A DNA stretch of 64,000 nucleotides from Oscillospiraceae bacterium (GCA_025757685.1 CP107220.1:830124-894123), one strand, 5' to 3'; positions 1-10,096 are shown, numbered from the stretch's first letter. Numbers and translations are program-made. The notes: generated by a model not told the origin, from the sequence alone.

Positions 1-800
1 GGCCGCTGATACGCGGCGCCGTGAACTTTTTTGAATCTATGGTGATCGGATACAAGACCCTGATGTACTCCGCTGAGGTCTCCGGTATGGAGGAAGTGGA
101 GGAGGAAGAAATGAGCAAGTTTGAGCGCTGGCTGACGGACAAGTTGGGCGACAAACTGATGAAAGTGCTCACCGGTGTAGCGTCCGTGCTGGGCTTTGCA
201 CTGGCATTTTTGATCTTCTTCTATCTGCCGGTATTGCTGTTTAATGTGCTAAACAAACACTTTGACGGCACGCTCACTCCGGCCCAAGGTACAATTGAGG
301 GCGTAACGAAAATTATCATTTTTGTTGTGTATATTGCGCTTGTCAGCCGAATGAAAGACATTCGCCGTACTTTTATGTACCACGGTGCAGAGCACAAAAG
401 CATTGCCTGTTATGAGTCCGGGCTGGATTTGACGGTGGAGAATGTGAAGAAAATGACCCGCTTCCACCCGCGGTGCGGCACCTCGTTTATTTTTGTAATG
501 CTGATTTTCAGCGTGATTTTTTATTCTGTTTTAGCCAAGTGTTTTCCGGTGATCGCTACCCAGCGGGTGCTGTGGATGCTGCTGAAATTGGTGTTTTTGC
601 CGATTTTAATGGGGCTTGGCTATGAATTTATCCGCTATGCCGGTAAGCACGATAATTTGTTCGTCAAGATTGTCAGTGCACCGGGCCTTTGGATGCAGCG
701 ACTGACCACTCGGGAGCCGGACGACTCTATGATGGAGGTGGGCATCGCCGCACTTAAGGCTGTAATCACCGATAACCCGGAGGATGATGAAATCAAGTGA
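1..800 (+). CDS. DUF1385 family membrane protein (5' end probably outside the window)
   Basis: ORF 21..800, and the frame stays open back to nt 3. It has the YHGAEHK motif and a hydrophobic C-terminal half. It sits directly upstream of prmC with a GTGA stop/start overlap at 797-800. Confidence 0.7.
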   Translation, partial: PLIRGAVNFFESMVIGYKTLMYSAEVSGMEEVEEEEMSKFERWLTDKLGDKLMKVLTGVASVLGFALAFLIFFYLPVLLFNVLNKHFDGTLTPAQGTIEGVTKIIIFVVYIALVSRMKDIRRTFMYHGAEHKSIACYESGLDLTVENVKKMTRFHPRCGTSFIFVMLIFSVIFYSVLAKCFPVIATQRVLWMLLKLVFLPILMGLGYEFIRYAGKHDNLFVKIVSAPGLWMQRLTTREPDDSMMEVGIAALKAVITDNPEDDEIK

Positions 801-1621
801 CGGTTCAGGAAGCCTATAATTATAGTGTGTATTTTTTAGGCGCCAACGGCGTAGATGAAGAAGAATTCAAGGCCAAGTGCCTGGTGTGTCATTTGGCAAA
901 GATCGCCAACCGGGACTACCACAGCCACCTAGGCGACCTGGTGAGCCAAAAAAAGCTGGCGGACGGCCTGTGGCAACTGAAAAGCGGCACACCGTTGCAA
1001 TATGTGCTGGGGGAGTGGGACTTTTTAGACAGCACCTTTGCCGTGGGTCCAGGGGTACTGATCCCCCGGCCGGAAACGGAAGAACTGGCGCAGTTGGCTA
1101 TTGAACAGGTCAAAAATGCAGGGTCGGCGCCTGTTGTATGGGACCTTTGCGCCGGCAGCGGCTGCATTGGGATCAGCATCGCCAAGGCCTGTCCCGGTGC
1201 CAGTGTCTACTGTGTGGAAAAGTCGACAGACGCCTTCGCTTATCTGCAAAAGAACGCCATGCCTGTTGCCAATGTACGCCCTGTACTGGCTGATATCAGC
1301 GGCGATTTGACTGCGCTGCCCAAACCGCAGGTGCTGGTATCCAACCCGCCGTACATTCCTGCTGCTGTGCTGCCTACCTTACAGCCGGAGGTGCTAAAGG
1401 AACCGATGATGGCACTGGATGGCGGCACGGACGGACTGGACTTTTACCGCCTGATTGCTGAAAAGATCGTGCCAACACTGGCCAGCGGCACGCAGCTGCT
1501 TTTGGAGATCGGCGACGAGCAGGGCAGGGCGGTGCAAAACCTGTTTACCACCTGCAAAAATGTGCAGGTTAGGCAAGACATTTACGGCAAAGATCGTATA
1601 TTAATCGCCACCGTTGCGTAA
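797..1621 (+). CDS. prmC: Peptide chain release factor N5-glutamine methyltransferase
   Basis: 274 aa with the SAM-binding DLCAGSGCIG motif and the catalytic NPPY (VSNPPYIP). Confidence 0.9.
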   Translation: MTVQEAYNYSVYFLGANGVDEEEFKAKCLVCHLAKIANRDYHSHLGDLVSQKKLADGLWQLKSGTPLQYVLGEWDFLDSTFAVGPGVLIPRPETEELAQLAIEQVKNAGSAPVVWDLCAGSGCIGISIAKACPGASVYCVEKSTDAFAYLQKNAMPVANVRPVLADISGDLTALPKPQVLVSNPPYIPAAVLPTLQPEVLKEPMMALDGGTDGLDFYRLIAEKIVPTLASGTQLLLEIGDEQGRAVQNLFTTCKNVQVRQDIYGKDRILIATVA

Positions 1622-1688
1622 TTTTTCTTGACTATTGCGTAGGGATAATGGTATGCTATTCTTATCATTATAATTTAAGGGTGCTCTT

Positions 1689-2363
1689 ATGCTTTCTATT
1701 CTTTCTTATTTGCGCCAGGGTGAGTACCTGCTGGCGCTGATTTCTATTCTTTCCAGCTGCTTTGTGGTGTTTTGCTGTTTACCTGTGCACGAGTTGGCAC
1801 ACGGGTGGGTGGCATATAAGTTGGGAGATACCACCGCCAAGGACGAGGGACGGTTGACCTTTAATCCTTTGGCCCACCTAAACCCCATCGGCACCATTAT
1901 GATCTTTCTCTTTGGGATTGGTTATGCTCGCCCGGTGCCGGTGAATCCCAATCGTTTTAAGCATCCCAAAAGCGGTATGGCGCTGGTGTCCCTGGCCGGA
2001 CCCATTGCCAATCTGCTGATGGGCTTTATCTTCAATTTTATTTATATCGCTATTTACAGCAAAGCACCCGGTGCCGATGGCTTTTTGGGTGCCGTAGAGT
2101 ATTTTCTTTATTTTGCGGCCTGGATCAATGTGTCTTTGGCAGTCTTTAATTTGATCCCCATTCCGCCTCTGGACGGTTCCAAGGTGCTGGCGGCTGTGCT
2201 GCCTTATAAGGCATACAACAAATATATGCGCTATGAGCAATATATCATGATCGCACTGATGATTCTACTGTTTGTTGGCGCGCTGGACGGCGTGATCTCC
2301 ACTTTAAGTACGGCGATGATGAAGTTTATTTCCATTATCCCGGCGCTAATCTTTTTGAGGTAA
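1689..2363 (+). CDS. Site-2 protease family zinc metalloprotease (membrane)
   Basis: 224 aa, multi-TM, with HELAHG (HExxH) near the first TM segment. Confidence 0.75.
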   Translation: MLSILSYLRQGEYLLALISILSSCFVVFCCLPVHELAHGWVAYKLGDTTAKDEGRLTFNPLAHLNPIGTIMIFLFGIGYARPVPVNPNRFKHPKSGMALVSLAGPIANLLMGFIFNFIYIAIYSKAPGADGFLGAVEYFLYFAAWINVSLAVFNLIPIPPLDGSKVLAAVLPYKAYNKYMRYEQYIMIALMILLFVGALDGVISTLSTAMMKFISIIPALIFLR

Positions 2364-2364
2364 T

Positions 2365-3084
2365 ATGGAACAACCAAGTTATAAACTGGAGATTTTTGAG
2401 GGCCCGATGGATTTGCTCCTTCACTTGATCTCTAAGCATAAACTGAATATTAACGACATTCCTATTATTGAGCTTGTAAATCAATATTTGGATTATGTGC
2501 GAAAAATGCAGGAGGAGGATTTTGACATCGCCGGCGAATTTCTGGAGATGGCTGCCCGCCTGATTTATATCAAGACCGTATCTCTACTGCCCCGCCATGA
2601 GGAGGCAGAAACCTTAAAAAAAGAGTTGACCGGCGAACTGATTGAATACCGGGACTGCAAATTAATGGCAAAGGAACTGAGCGCCCACACAGACGGTTTT
2701 GACCGCTATGTGCGCACGCCTCAGGAGGGGTATGTAAACTATGCCTACGAGCGATTCCACGAAGGGGAGGAGCTTTTGCAGGCGTATATCAACGCTGCCG
2801 GGCGCGCCCAGCGCAAGCTGCCGCCGCCGTTGGACAGCTTTAAGGTGATTGTGGCGCGCAAGTTTGTAAATGTGGCGTCTAAGGTACAGACGGTACTGCG
2901 CAAGCTGTGGAACGGCAAGAAAGTGCGCTTTTTGTCCCTCTTTCAGGACGCCCAAACTCGCAGCGATATGGTCGCTACCTTTTTAGCGGTGCTGGAACTG
3001 GCTAAAACCAAGAAGATCACCATTGACGGGACCATGGAGGACCCGGATGTGCAAATCATAAACGAGGTAAATACCGTTGAGTGA
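2365..3084 (+). CDS. scpA: Segregation and condensation protein A
   Basis: 239 aa. The N-terminus FEGPMDLLLHLI is typical of ScpA, and the gene overlaps scpB downstream. Confidence 0.85.
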   Translation: MEQPSYKLEIFEGPMDLLLHLISKHKLNINDIPIIELVNQYLDYVRKMQEEDFDIAGEFLEMAARLIYIKTVSLLPRHEEAETLKKELTGELIEYRDCKLMAKELSAHTDGFDRYVRTPQEGYVNYAYERFHEGEELLQAYINAAGRAQRKLPPPLDSFKVIVARKFVNVASKVQTVLRKLWNGKKVRFLSLFQDAQTRSDMVATFLAVLELAKTKKITIDGTMEDPDVQIINEVNTVE

Positions 3085-3724
3085 GAAGAACAACACCATT
3101 GCCCAGTTAGAGGCCATGCTTTTTGCTGCCGGAGATCCGGTAGAGCCGGAAAAGCTGGCGGATGTGCTAAAATTGGATATTGAAAATGTGATCAAAATGC
3201 TTGGGTATTTGGAGGCCAAATACGACGAGAGCGGCAGCGGACTGCGGCTGATCCGCGTAGACGGCAAGTACCAAATCTGCACCAGAGAAGCCTATGCGGA
3301 CGGTGTGCGTGCCCTACTGGAGATCAAAAAAAATACGCCTCTCAGCCCGGCCGCATTTGAAGTTTTGGCTATTGTGGCGTATAATAAAGCGGTGACTCGC
3401 TCCTTTGTGGAGCAGGTGCGCGGCGTGGATTGCTCCGGTCCCATCTCCGGTTTGGTGCAAAAAGGCTTGATCGAGGAGAAGGGGAGACTGGACCTGCCAG
3501 GCCGCCCGTTGGTGTATGGCACCACAGATCGGTTTTTGCGCTGCTTTTCCCTGAATTCCCTGGACGATTTGCCGGATCTGCCATCCACAGAGGAAGTGGA
3601 GCAGATTGCCAAGGATAACGGCCAAACCTCCCTGTTTGAGAAAGAGGGCGGCAAGGACGACCCGCTGGCTGCAGCGGCTGACGCGCTGGAAAGTGCCAAT
3701 AATGACGATGAAAAAGAGATCTGA
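3077..3724 (+). CDS. scpB: Segregation and condensation protein B
   Basis: 215 aa with ScpB-like LEAMLFAAGDPV and GRPLVYGTTDRFL motifs and an acidic tail. Confidence 0.85.
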   Translation: MSEKNNTIAQLEAMLFAAGDPVEPEKLADVLKLDIENVIKMLGYLEAKYDESGSGLRLIRVDGKYQICTREAYADGVRALLEIKKNTPLSPAAFEVLAIVAYNKAVTRSFVEQVRGVDCSGPISGLVQKGLIEEKGRLDLPGRPLVYGTTDRFLRCFSLNSLDDLPDLPSTEEVEQIAKDNGQTSLFEKEGGKDDPLAAAADALESANNDDEKEI

Positions 3725-3741
3725 GCGGGAGAGGTGAGGAC

Positions 3742-4488
3742 TTGAAAATCTTTTTGATTATAGTGGGTGTGCTGGTGGTGCTCATCGCACTGCTGATGTC
3801 TTTGTCTGCCACCTTAACTTTGATCTATGACGGCGGCTGGCATACCAGTGTACAAGTGCTGTTCATTAAGAAAGACATTGTGCTGTCCCAGATTCTTTCC
3901 TTTATCCTGTTCCCGGAAAAATCCGCCGATCAGGCTAAGAAAAAGGGCAAGGAGAAAAAAGAAAGCAAGGAAGACACCACGGAGCCTACGCCGGAAAATG
4001 CGCCTACGGAAGACGAGAAAGCGACCCAGGCTGTGCCGGAAAAATCGGAGAGCGAAAAGGCACCCGCAAAAGCGGAAGAAAAGCCCAAAAAGCCCAACTA
4101 CTTCCAGCAGCTTTGGGACAAGGACGGCGTGATCGGTTACTTGCTGTTGATCAGCAATTTAGTGGAAACTGCGTCTTCTGCGGTAACAACTTTATTTAGG
4201 GGCTTCCATATTTATTCATTATATGTTAAAATGATTATCGGCGGCGCAGATGCCGCAGATATAGCTGAGAAGTACGGCACCCTCTGTTCGTTCTATTATC
4301 CCGTTAAGGGCATGATCTTAAACGGCATGAAGGTGGACCAATACGATGATTACATACAGCCGGATTTTATCGCACCCCGCTCGGAGTACGAGTTCCAGCT
4401 CATCGGCAGTCTCAGCGTCGGTCTTTTGGTGCGTATGCTCCTGCGGGCCGGTATCGTCTTTTTAAAAAATTTTATTAAAGATAAGTAA
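3742..4488 (+). CDS. Membrane protein with a Lys/Glu-rich spacer (DUF2953/YtfI-like)
   Basis: TTG start behind a GAGGTGAGGA RBS, with an N-terminal TM helix. It sits between scpB and ytfJ, as in other sporulating Firmicutes. Confidence 0.45.
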   Translation: MKIFLIIVGVLVVLIALLMSLSATLTLIYDGGWHTSVQVLFIKKDIVLSQILSFILFPEKSADQAKKKGKEKKESKEDTTEPTPENAPTEDEKATQAVPEKSESEKAPAKAEEKPKKPNYFQQLWDKDGVIGYLLLISNLVETASSAVTTLFRGFHIYSLYVKMIIGGADAADIAEKYGTLCSFYYPVKGMILNGMKVDQYDDYIQPDFIAPRSEYEFQLIGSLSVGLLVRMLLRAGIVFLKNFIKDK

Positions 4489-4500
4489 GGAGAAAGCATT

Positions 4501-4905
4501 ATGAAAGAAACTCCGGTAAACAAGATTATGGAAAACACGCTGGAAAAAATGCGTGAAATGGTAGATGTTTCTACCATCATCGGCGATCCGATGGTCACCG
4601 GCGACACCACGCTTATTCCGGTATCTAAAGTGACTTACGGCTTTACCAGCGGCGGTACGGATCTGCCCACCAAGCAGCAGAATCAAGAGCTGTTCGGCGG
4701 TGGCGGCGGCGGTGGCATCACCATTACCCCGGTGGCCTTTATCGTGATCGAAAAGGGCAAGTGCCGTATGATGCAGATCAACAATTACACTTCCTCTGCG
4801 GATCGTGCTGTGTCTATGATTCCGGAGTTGGTAGACAAACTCACCGAGCTGCTGAAAGCCAAGGACGGCAAAGCAGACGAGGCGGAGACCCCCGCGGCCG
4901 AATAA
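4501..4905 (+). CDS. ytfJ: GerW/YtfJ family sporulation protein
   Basis: 134 aa with TLIPVSKVTYGFTSGG and a poly-Gly stretch typical of YtfJ. Confidence 0.7.
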   Translation: MKETPVNKIMENTLEKMREMVDVSTIIGDPMVTGDTTLIPVSKVTYGFTSGGTDLPTKQQNQELFGGGGGGGITITPVAFIVIEKGKCRMMQINNYTSSADRAVSMIPELVDKLTELLKAKDGKADEAETPAAE

Positions 4906-4932
4906 TGATGTACGGATCACCCGCATATATTT

Positions 4933-5982
4933 GTGTGGGTGATTCTTTTGTATGTAAAAAAGCGTATTTTTGCCGTTCTCTTATGTTTGTTTTTGCTGGT
5001 GCCGATGCCGGCGCTGGCGTCCACCAGCGCCCAAAGCGCCGTGGTGATGGATGCTGCCGGACACACGGTGCTGTATGAACAAAATGCCTATGAAGAACGG
5101 CCCATGGCCTCGACCACCAAAATTATGACCGCCTACCTGGCTTGTGCAGCCGGGGACTTGCAGCGAACGGTGCCTATAACAGCCGCTATGCTGGAAGACA
5201 CAGAGGGCTCGTCCTTGGGATTGCATGTGGGGGATCGAATCACTTTGTACGATCTGGTGGTAGGCATGCTGTTGGTCAGCGGCAACGACGCTGCCAATGC
5301 GGCTGCAATCTTTCTTTCCGGCAGTACCAAGGCGTTTGCAGCCAGAATGAACAGTGCGGCCAAGGAAATGGGTATGCACCACACCCGCTTTGTGACCCCC
5401 TCCGGGCTGGATCGGGGCGATCATCATTCCACCGCTTACGACATGGCGCTGCTGACGGCTCACGCCCTTCAGAATAAGACCTTTGCCGAAATTTGCGCCG
5501 CGCCCAGAGCCAAAATGACCATCAACGGCAAAACAAAAACGGTATACAATCACAATCGGCTGCTCACTTCGCTGGATGGTTGCGTAGGCGTAAAAACCGG
5601 GTATACGGAACGGGCAGGGCGGTGCCTGGTGAGTGCTGTCAAATATAAGGGGAACACGCTGATCTGCGTAACCCTATCCGATCCGGATGACTGGGTGGAT
5701 CACCGCCGGCTGCTGGACACCTGTAAAAAGCAGTACACCACCTACAAGCTGGACCGCCGTGTGCAGGTGCCGGTAGTGGGCGGCAGGGAGTCCTATGTGA
5801 CCGCCGAGTTACGGTACAGCCAAACGGCGCTGAACGCCACTTATACCGTGCGGCTCTATTACTATCCTTTTGTTTATGCGCCGGTGAAGAAGGGCGATGT
5901 GATCGGCTACGCTTGTATTAATCAAATAATCGTGCCTATGCGGGCACAGGAGGATATTGAAATTTATGCCACAGAAGAATGA
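4933..5982 (+). CDS. Serine-type D-alanyl-D-alanine carboxypeptidase (S11)
   Basis: Signal peptide, then the SxxK motif ASTTKIMT, SGN (VSGNDAA) and KTG (GVKTGYT). Confidence 0.8.
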   Translation: MWVILLYVKKRIFAVLLCLFLLVPMPALASTSAQSAVVMDAAGHTVLYEQNAYEERPMASTTKIMTAYLACAAGDLQRTVPITAAMLEDTEGSSLGLHVGDRITLYDLVVGMLLVSGNDAANAAAIFLSGSTKAFAARMNSAAKEMGMHHTRFVTPSGLDRGDHHSTAYDMALLTAHALQNKTFAEICAAPRAKMTINGKTKTVYNHNRLLTSLDGCVGVKTGYTERAGRCLVSAVKYKGNTLICVTLSDPDDWVDHRRLLDTCKKQYTTYKLDRRVQVPVVGGRESYVTAELRYSQTALNATYTVRLYYYPFVYAPVKKGDVIGYACINQIIVPMRAQEDIEIYATEE

Positions 5983-6718
5983 AGAACGACTGCAAAAGTA
6001 CCTGGCCGAGTGCGGCGTGGCTTCTCGCCGAAAGAGCGAGGAGCTGATCGCTGCCGGTAAGGTGAAGGTCAATGGCCATGTAGCCCAAATCGGCGACAAG
6101 ATCGACCCGCGCAGAGATCTGGTAACCGTGCGGGGGAAGAAAGTGCGCAAAACCCAGCGGAATTACTATATTTTACTGCACAAGCCCCGGGGCTATGTGA
6201 CCACCGTGTCCGACGAATTAGGCCGTAAAACGGTGATGGATCTGGTGCGGGATATTGACGCCCGCCTGTATCCGGTAGGAAGGCTGGACAAAGACTCAGA
6301 GGGTTTGCTGCTGCTCACCAATGACGGTGCGTTTGCCAATGCCCTGACCCACCCTTGTCATGCGTACAGTAAAAAATACCGGGTGACCATTCGCGGCAAG
6401 GTAGACGACAGTGCGCTGCTGCAACTGCGAGAAGGGATTGATCTGGACGGCCGTATGACCGCCCCTTGTGATGTGACCGTCCTGACCGCAGAGGAGAACC
6501 GTACGGTGCTGGAATTTGTGCTTCACGAGGGGCGCAACCGCCAAATCCGGCGTATGTGCGAGGCAGTGGAACTGGAAGTGATTCGCTTAAAGCGTATTGC
6601 CGTAGGCTCCTTAAAGCTGGGTATGCTGCCGGTAGGGAAGTGGCGAGAGCTGACGGACAATGAGGTGCAAAAACTCATGCGCTCCGGTGCGCTGCAAACG
6701 GAGGACACAAAGAAGTGA
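5957..6718 (+). CDS. rluB: Pseudouridine synthase, RluB/RsuA family
   Basis: N-terminal S4 domain (RLQKYLAECGVASRR) and the catalytic GRLDKDSEGLLLLTNDG motif. Confidence 0.8.
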   Translation: MKFMPQKNEERLQKYLAECGVASRRKSEELIAAGKVKVNGHVAQIGDKIDPRRDLVTVRGKKVRKTQRNYYILLHKPRGYVTTVSDELGRKTVMDLVRDIDARLYPVGRLDKDSEGLLLLTNDGAFANALTHPCHAYSKKYRVTIRGKVDDSALLQLREGIDLDGRMTAPCDVTVLTAEENRTVLEFVLHEGRNRQIRRMCEAVELEVIRLKRIAVGSLKLGMLPVGKWRELTDNEVQKLMRSGALQTEDTKK

Positions 6719-6886
6719 TCTGCCTTGCCAAATCTGCTGGAAATACAGCGGAATTTCTGCGCTTTTTGTATGGAATATGCTATTGCTATTCCGGGGCAAC
6801 GGTGGTATAATTACAATAGGTAAGTTTGGACAGAGAATACTGTCGGCATTTGCCGAACTGCGCTTTTGTAATGAGCGGGAGCGCAA

Positions 6887-8230
6887 ATGAGTGTACAGGA
6901 GGAACAACAAGTGAGCGAACTTGCAGAGAAGGACAAGCTGGCTGTGGATCGGCTGACTGCCCTGTTTGACGACGGCGCTTTTACTGAGATCGACGGCTAC
7001 GCAAAATCCGCGTCCGGCGATGTGGAGGCTGCTGCCGGTTTCGGCACGGTGAATGGCAGTCCCGTTTACGCATTTGCACAGAATGTAAATGTAAACGGCG
7101 GTGCTATCAGTGTGGCCCAATGCGCAAAATTGAAGAAGATCTATGACCTGGCGACTAAGACGGGTTGTCCGGTGATCGGTATTTATGATTCCAACGGCGT
7201 AAAGCTGGACGAGGGCTTTGAAGCACTGTCCGCTTACGGCGAACTGGTGAAGGCTTCTACGGCGATGAGCGGCGTTTGCACGCAGATTTCCATTGTTGCC
7301 GGCAGTTGTTTGGGTGCCAGTGCCCTGATGGCCAATATGGCCGATGTGGTGATCGCCGTAAAGGACGCCGATTTCTATGTAACCACCCCCAGTGATGTGA
7401 CCGCGGATACCTGCTACGAGCAGGGCACGGTGGATATTTTGGCAGACGATCTGGACGGCGCACTGACCGCCGCCAAAGATGTGGTGGCTCTGCTGCCGGG
7501 CAACAACCTGTCCCCGGCACCGGTGTATGACTTTACTGCACCGTCTGTGGCTGTGGACACCGGCGCGTCTGCAATGGATGTGATCTGTGCTGTGGCGGAT
7601 GCCGGCAGCGTGGTAGAACTGAAGGGCGGCTATGCCACCCATTGCGTAACCGCACTGGCAACCGTTGGCGGCACCACCGTCGGCTTTGTGGCTTTTGACG
7701 GTTCTGCGGTTTGCCCCGCTTGCGCCTATAAGGCAGAGGCTTTCGTAAAGTTGTGCGACGCCTACAATCTGCCCATTCTCACTGTGGCAGACGCTGACGG
7801 CTTTGTAAAAGATGCAGAGAACGCTATGCTTACCGCAGCTACCCGTATGGAGACGGCTTATGCCACTGCCACTTGCCCCAAGATCGCATTGATCACCAGC
7901 AAAAGCATTGGCGGTGCGTATATTGCGCTGGCCGGTAAGGGCGCCAATGCAGATTTGACATTTGCTTGGGATACTGCTGTGCTTTCTCCGCTGGACGCAG
8001 AAGCTGCCGTTGCATTCCTGTACAGCGACCGCTTAGCAGCAGGGGAGAATCGTGGTTCTCTGGTGAAAGAATATAAAGAGACTCTCGCGTCTCCGTATAC
8101 CGCAGCCGCCAGCGGGGCCATTGACGATGTGATCGTACCTGCTGACAGCCGTGCAAAGGTAATGGCTGCACTGGATATTTTGGCCGGTAAGCGTGAGAAT
8201 ACGCTGCCGAGAAAACATTCTGTTAAATAA
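6887..8230 (+). CDS. Carboxyltransferase-domain protein (acyl-CoA carboxylase beta / transcarboxylase 12S-like)
   Basis: 447 aa whose two-lobe carboxyl-transferase pattern is recognisable by eye. It is the first gene of a cluster with a biotin carrier and a 5S-like subunit. Confidence 0.6.
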   Translation: MSVQEEQQVSELAEKDKLAVDRLTALFDDGAFTEIDGYAKSASGDVEAAAGFGTVNGSPVYAFAQNVNVNGGAISVAQCAKLKKIYDLATKTGCPVIGIYDSNGVKLDEGFEALSAYGELVKASTAMSGVCTQISIVAGSCLGASALMANMADVVIAVKDADFYVTTPSDVTADTCYEQGTVDILADDLDGALTAAKDVVALLPGNNLSPAPVYDFTAPSVAVDTGASAMDVICAVADAGSVVELKGGYATHCVTALATVGGTTVGFVAFDGSAVCPACAYKAEAFVKLCDAYNLPILTVADADGFVKDAENAMLTAATRMETAYATATCPKIALITSKSIGGAYIALAGKGANADLTFAWDTAVLSPLDAEAAVAFLYSDRLAAGENRGSLVKEYKETLASPYTAAASGAIDDVIVPADSRAKVMAALDILAGKRENTLPRKHSVK

Positions 8231-8248
8231 TCTGGAGGTTTCAATATT

Positions 8249-8647
8249 ATGAAGAACTACACCATTACCGTGAACGGTACAGCTTACAATGTATCCGTAG
8301 AGGAGGGGACTTCCGCCGCTCCCGCAGCTGCGCCTGTTGCAGCTGCTCCGGCACCTGCTGCCGCTCCCGCTCCCGCAGCAGCGCCTGCTCCTGCTGCCGC
8401 ACCGGCTCCTGCCGCTGATACCGCAGTCACCGGCGCTGTGACCGTTGAGTCTCCCATGCCCGGTACCATTCTGGATATTAAAGTGGCTTCCGGCGCTGCC
8501 GTTAAGAGCGGCGATGTACTCTTTGTTCTGGAGGCTATGAAGATGGAAAACGAGATTGTGGCGCCTCAGGACGGCACGATCGCCAGCATTAATGTAAACA
8601 AGGGTGACAGCGTAGAAGCCGGTCAGACCCTTGCTTCTCTCAACTGA
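8249..8647 (+). CDS. Biotin carboxyl carrier protein (1.3S-like)
   Basis: Ala/Pro-rich linker followed by a biotinyl domain with the EAMKMENEI biotinylation motif. Confidence 0.85.
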   Translation: MKNYTITVNGTAYNVSVEEGTSAAPAAAPVAAAPAPAAAPAPAAAPAPAAAPAPAADTAVTGAVTVESPMPGTILDIKVASGAAVKSGDVLFVLEAMKMENEIVAPQDGTIASINVNKGDSVEAGQTLASLN

Positions 8648-8665
8648 TAAAAAAGAGGTACAAGA

Positions 8666-10063
8666 ATGGCTAAAATCGGCATTACGGAAACCGTGCTGCG
8701 TGACGCGCATCAGTCCCTGATCGCCACGCGTATGCGCACGGATGAATTTGAAGGCATTTTAGAGAAGATGGACAAGATCGGTTATCATTCTCTGGAGTGC
8801 TGGGGCGGTGCCACTTTTGACGCCTGCCTGCGCTTTTTGGATGAGGATCCCTGGGACAGACTGCGCTTGATCCGCAAAAAGTGCCCCAATACGAAGCTGC
8901 AAATGCTCTTCCGCGGGCAGAATATGCTGGGCTATCGGCATTATTCCGACGAGCTGGTGGATTACTTTGTAAAGAAGAGTATTGATAACGGTATTGATAT
9001 TCTGCGTATTTTTGACGCACTCAACGATGTGCGTAATTTGCAGACTGCCATTAACGCAGCCAAGAAATACGGCGGTCATGTACAGGCTGCAATTTCTTAC
9101 ACCACCGGTCCGGTGTTTGACACGGAATACTACTGTCATTACGCGAAGGAGCTGGAGGACGCAGGTGCAGACTCTATCTGCATTAAGGATATGGCCGGTT
9201 TGCTGACCCCTTACGGCACCTATGATTTGGTTAAGGCGCTGAAAGAGACGGTAAATATTCCCATTCAGTTGCATTCCCATTACACTTCCGGTTTGGCTTC
9301 CATGGTCCACTTAAAGGGCATTGAAGCCGGCGTTGATGTAATTGATACTGCCATGAGCCCCTTGGCTATGGGTACTTCTCATCCGGCTACCGAGTCTATG
9401 GTGGCGGCTCTGCAAGGCACCCCGTATGACACCGGCTTGGATCTGAAAGCTTTGTCCGAGGTGCGTGACTTTTTCGTCCCCCTGCGAGAGAAATATCTGG
9501 CAGATGGTCTGCTGAACCCGAAAATGCTGGGCGTGGACGCCAACACTCTGCTGTACCAGGTGCCCGGCGGTATGCTTTCCAATCTGCTTGGCCAGTTAAA
9601 ACAAGCTGGCAAGGAGGACAAACTGGAGGAAGTGCTGGCCGAAGTGCCGCGCGTGCGTAAAGACAGCGGTTATCCGCCGCTGGTGACCCCCACCTCTCAG
9701 ATCGTGGGCACGCAGTCCGTGTTTAATGTCATTACCGGCGAGCGCTACAAAATGGTTACCAAGGAGTTTAAGGACATGGTTGCCGGCAAGTACGGCAAGA
9801 CACCGTGCCCCATTGACCCTGAATTCCAGAAGAAGATCGTGGGTGACGAAGAAATTATCACCTGTCGGCCGGCCGATCTGATCCATGATAAGATCGACGA
9901 CTTTAAGGCAGACATCGCCGAGTATTATGAGCAGGAGGAGGATGTTCTCTCCTACGCACAATTCGGTCAGGTTGCCGTTAAGTTCTTCCAGAAGAGAAGA
10001 GATAAAAAGTACGGCTTGGATGGCAAACACGACGATATGGACAACAAGATCCACGCAGTTTAA
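8666..10063 (+). CDS. Oxaloacetate decarboxylase alpha / pyruvate carboxyltransferase (5S-like) subunit
   Basis: 465 aa with a TIM-barrel HMGL-like N-terminus (ITETVLRDAHQSL, ICIKDMAGLL, LHSHYTSG). Confidence 0.85.
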   Translation: MAKIGITETVLRDAHQSLIATRMRTDEFEGILEKMDKIGYHSLECWGGATFDACLRFLDEDPWDRLRLIRKKCPNTKLQMLFRGQNMLGYRHYSDELVDYFVKKSIDNGIDILRIFDALNDVRNLQTAINAAKKYGGHVQAAISYTTGPVFDTEYYCHYAKELEDAGADSICIKDMAGLLTPYGTYDLVKALKETVNIPIQLHSHYTSGLASMVHLKGIEAGVDVIDTAMSPLAMGTSHPATESMVAALQGTPYDTGLDLKALSEVRDFFVPLREKYLADGLLNPKMLGVDANTLLYQVPGGMLSNLLGQLKQAGKEDKLEEVLAEVPRVRKDSGYPPLVTPTSQIVGTQSVFNVITGERYKMVTKEFKDMVAGKYGKTPCPIDPEFQKKIVGDEEIITCRPADLIHDKIDDFKADIAEYYEQEEDVLSYAQFGQVAVKFFQKRRDKKYGLDGKHDDMDNKIHAV

Positions 10064-10070
10064 TTGCAAG

Positions 10071-10096
10071 GGCGAAGTTTCGGCTTCGCCTTTTTG
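10071..10096 (+). terminator. Intrinsic terminator after the carboxylase cluster
   Basis: GGCGAAG / CTTCGCC stem followed by TTTTT. Confidence 0.6.

Noticed and set aside
3930-4110. Lys/Glu/Pro-rich low-complexity coding stretch. Similar stretches lie at 19200-19412 and 35850-35990.
   Set aside because: These are in-frame charged linkers or tails of membrane proteins. They explain the multiple overlapping out-of-frame ORFs there, and nothing suggests an independent element.
6611-7642. 343-aa minus-strand ORF. Similar long antisense ORFs lie at 8033-8710, 10241-11074, 20151-20783 and 51211-52155.
   Set aside because: All lie antisense to well-supported genes and lack both motifs and ribosome-binding sites. 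I treat them as GC-driven artefacts.
8320-8420. Highly repetitive GC-rich DNA (GCx-CCx units) that at first glance looks like a tandem repeat array.
   Set aside because: It is in frame within the biotin carrier gene and encodes the usual Ala/Pro-rich flexible linker. It is not a CRISPR array or a minisatellite.
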